Assembly: GCF_032191835.1 (NCBI RefSeq)
Contig: NC_083234.1
Location: forward strand, 53,134,001 to 53,198,000
Source of the DNA: Heteronotia binoei
Lineage: Eukaryota
Length of the DNA: 64,000 nucleotides
Reading direction: 5' to 3'
The position numbers and the translations under genes are program-made. This document shows, piece by piece, positions 60,702 through 64,000 of this stretch; within the stretch, counting starts at the first letter, position 1; every line of letters begins with the position of its first letter. The notes below the pieces were generated by a model. That model was not told the origin of the DNA and made no database searches. It saw only the letters and a program-made list of their open reading frames with translations.

Positions 60702-61169
60702 TTTTTTACTGGAATAGGCAAACATTTCTGTGTTATCAAAATAATGTGTTATTTTGGTTGAAAAGGCCCAGCAGGAACTCATTTGCATATTAGGCCATAC
60801 CCCCTGATGTCACCATTGTTTCACATAGGGCTTTTCTGTAGAAAAAGCCCAGCAGGAATTCATTTGCATATTAGGTCACACTCTCCGATACCAAGCCAGC
60901 CGGAACTTCATTTCTGCTCAAAAAAGCCCTGTGTTATAATTTTTATCTAATTATGATGCATCGCATAAAATGTATGGACGCTATATTCAAATATTAAATA
61001 TAAGGAACAGTTCCGGGAACAGACTCTATAGGAATAGCGTTCATAGGAAGTTTACAATATAAGCCTGTAAATTCGAATCCTAAACTTGCAGAATGGACAT
61101 GACTACAGAGTTAAATTAAAAAAAGGAGGAAGGGGTTTTTTTAAAGTTAAATGCGCATAAATTAACAAA

Positions 61170-61900
61170 TTCCAACAAACGCCAGAACATCTTTGTCTGT
61201 CCCGCCCCCTTTTGGACGTTCCTGTGGGACACGGTGGATGTCATACCCAGGGAGAGACTCTATGATCCAATCCTTGTCCCTTCTAGTTCTTAGTCTCAAT
61301 GGCGTCCGCCAGCTGGGATGAGGCGCCGCTTCATTCTGTTTCACATCTAGAGACGCCCCCCTCCGCACGCTTTCACGTGACTAAGGAAGTCGGTGGGTGT
61401 GGCTTCGCCTGGACGAGTCTCGCGAGATGTAGGCGGGGCCGCGATAGATGGGCGGGGCTCCCGGCTGTCACCGCGATGAGGAGACGCCGCCGCCGTCGCC
61501 GCTGGGCCGGTCCGGGGTGCGCCCCTCAGGGGGTGTGAGGAGAGGCCGGGCCCAACCGCAGGTACGGGAGATGGGCGGCGGCAGCAGCACCAGGAACACC
61601 AGCTGTAGTTGAGGGGCGGTGTCCGCCCCAGACCCCGCCCCCTCCCACCCAGACTTCCGCGGTGGGGTAGGCTGCTTGGTCTCTCGCTTGTAGGCCTCCG
61701 TGAGGACCCCCCCTCCCCCCGCAAAAGGGGTCGTGCTTTGCAGGGCAGCTATCTTCGGGCCCCCCTCGTCCCAGGTATCTGCCATATAAGACGGAAAATG
61801 GGAGTGACTCCATCCTTCGGGCCTCCTTGAGTCCCACCCCTCAGTGTGCCTCCCCCCGCACACACACACGAAGATTGTACCCATTTGCAGGCTAAGAAGA
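61170..61900 (+). promoter_or_regulatory. CpG island promoter, probably of RC3H2 (Roquin-2)
   Basis: CpG-rich; AATGGCG YY1-like ~61298, TCACGTGAC 61373-81, TCTCGCGAGA palindrome 61418-27, GC boxes. Gene identity rests on the recalled RABGAP1-ZBTB26-ZBTB6-RC3H2 order only. Confidence 0.8.
61450..61561 (+). other. RC3H2: Candidate non-coding first exon of the downstream gene (RC3H2 by synteny); 5' end approximate
   Basis: Donor CAG|GTACGG at 61562 within the island. No RC3H2 coding sequence (RING N-terminus) is present in the window. Confidence 0.5.
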
Positions 61901-64000
61901 AGATGAACACAAATCCTTTCCCCCCTCCCCAGTCCTTTATTTGGGTGGGGGTGGCTGTTCAAGGATAGCTAGTTTACCTTCGTCTTGCTTCTTTTCAGGG
62001 ATGTAGGGCTGATAGAGACATTGTGGGGAGAGCCGCTTTGCTTATGATCACTCTTCCCTGTGCAGAGCTTGGGGGCATTTTGTCAGGTCTCTGAAGAAGA
62101 GAATGCATTTAGCTAGCATCATGTCATGGTGCCTGCAGACTGGGAACTATGAAGGGATTGGGAAAAGGAGGATGTGAACCTTATAAGATGGTCAAAGCCC
62201 CGTGTCTGTTCCTGTAGCCATCAGTTGTCTCCCCTGGGGTGATGATTCTTCACAAAGGTGGAAACCCAAAAAGAGATGGGAGGTGGTATGCAAATTTCAA
62301 CCTTTTTTCCCATCCCCTTTTCTTTTGTCTCCTATTTTCTCATGTCTTTCCCTGTCCCTCTTCTTCCCTTTCATCTTCCATTAGTTATAAACGAAAAAAT
62401 GGATGTGTTCCACTGATTTAACAGCATGCTAGGCCATCTAATGTTATAATGCTGGAATTCAGCTTTAATGTTACAGATTCCTCTTCAGGCTTTGGTATTC
62501 ACAGCTGCTAAGGCATGTGAAGTTACACATCCAGACTGCTCATCTTTCTATGCAATGTATGTACTTCCATTAATATCTTGGAACAAGAAGCAACATATTT
62601 AGGAAGACTACCCACTTGTCATAGTTCTTCCTCAGACATGAAATATTTTGAACATAGAAAACATTTATGTAAGGAATAGCATGTAAAACAGGTAGATATC
62701 ACAGATCACTGTCACATGCATGTATTTTGCTGTTTGTATGATGTATGCTTGGAGGGTGTGATTGGTCCTTGTTTGTGTACAGGTCTCTCTCTCTGGAGTT
62801 AAATGCATGTTGCTGCTCTGTAAAGTGACAATCTACATGTATATTACAGACTTATTTCCTACATAGAGCAGTTTTCCAGGTGGGAGTACTGTCATGTTTG
62901 AAGCAGCGCCTTAACGATGGGCAGAAGATAAACAGATCTCCTCTGTATTTTAACCTGTTAAATAGTTTAGCTATTCGTGTCTTCAAAAGGATGCAAATAT
63001 TTACTGCCCTTTTGGATGCAAATATTACTGCCCTTTTGGACTGATTCAAAATGAAGTATGTTGCCATCATTCTGTAGTGCATACAGAGGCTGATGTTTCA
63101 GATGAGTAGCTGGTTAATTTGATCTCACCTATGCAGTTATCTTCCTTGGTTCTATACATTTTATGCCATTACACCTTTCTCTTTGTGAGGATGCTAATAT
63201 ATTTACAACATAGTTGCTGTCTTCAATTTTTATTTCACTCCTATGAAAACACAGGAGAAGCTCTTTTGAATGTTAATATCTCATGGGAAAATTGTTGAAA
63301 ACACAGTGATGGAAATGGCTTTGAAGCTTAGTAAGAAATTTGAATAGCCCTGATTGTCTTTCACCAAGCTGTGCTTTAGAGCCTCAAAAACATTTGCTTG
63401 GAGGTAGAAAGGATATTTGACAGTTAGCTCAGCAAGTGCTGATTTTTCATCTTTTGGAAGAATTCCACATTACTCAAAATCCTGCGTATTCCACCTTCAG
63501 AGGTTTATCCAATGTTTCAGTGGTGTGGGTAAGCCAGAGAGGACCCTCTGCAGACTGGTGTCCATGTGGCAGCAGCTACCATTCCATGTTGAAGGGCCAG
63601 AGGGGTGGGCCAATATAATGTATAGCTTTACCCAGGTATTTATATTTAAAGCATAGGCATATAAGTATTTTCTCTTGTATTTATTTGATGTTTCTTTGTT
63701 CTTTTGCTTTTTAGACATGTGGAGTTTTTCTTTTAAGCTGCTGATATTTGAATAAAGTCATCATAAACACTGAACAAACAATAAAAACCAGTCTAAAACA
63801 ATTAAAATCTCTCATCCTTCTGCTGACTTAACCCTATTCACCATCTGAAAGCCACTAGCACGGAATTAATTTAGTATAACATACATTAGTCATTTTTCTT
63901 TTGAAAGGCATATGGTTCAATGGAAAACATGGTGAGCTATGGAAAAAGTGTGGGGTGTTGGGGAGGGGAGGATTAGTTTGCCTTAAGCTGTTTGCTAAGA

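Noticed and set aside
61162-61962. Long ORFs over the second CpG island
   Set aside because: Same GC artefact; only the short exon-contained Arg-rich uORF was kept as a lead.
61562-64000. RC3H2 coding exon or an intronic snoRNA
   Set aside because: No RING-domain ORF and no convincing C/D box pair with terminal stem found.

Overview
Vertebrate (squamate; the SINE repertoire points to a gecko) genomic DNA covering the conserved RABGAP1 / ZBTB26 / ZBTB6 / RC3H2 neighbourhood. Minus strand: the 5' half of RABGAP1, with 12 coding exons mapped by hand (GT-AG boundaries, 1797 nt in one continuous frame from the ATG at 28768 into the TBC domain; the gene continues off the left edge). RABGAP1 is head-to-head with ZBTB26 at a CpG island (~34.7-35.3 kb). 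Plus strand: single-coding-exon BTB-zinc finger paralogs ZBTB26 (36776-38104) and ZBTB6 (56452-57735), and a second CpG island (~61.2-61.9 kb) that by synteny is probably the RC3H2 promoter and first exon. The rest is dense in repeats: Sauria, Squam3-like and 5S-derived SINEs, L2/CR1/RTE-X-like and Penelope fragments, solo LTRs and hAT MITEs, many with intact target-site duplications (TSDs). I found no prokaryote-type system, CRISPR array or novel long ORF. The best leads are: (1) a possible dual-use AG|GT splice site where an in-frame 47-nt microexon could replace RABGAP1 exon 6; (2) a perfect 63-bp palindrome centred on an AP-1 site downstream of ZBTB26; (3) a 182-bp templated inverted duplication beside a candidate ZBTB6 promoter; (4) a poly-arginine uORF in the putative RC3H2 leader and uORFs in RABGAP1; (5) a linker motif (QHSLINSTVE) shared by both ZBTB paralogs; (6) hammerhead-like Penelope motifs and a three-level transposon nest. 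Gene names and comparisons with human come from recalled sequences, not database searches.
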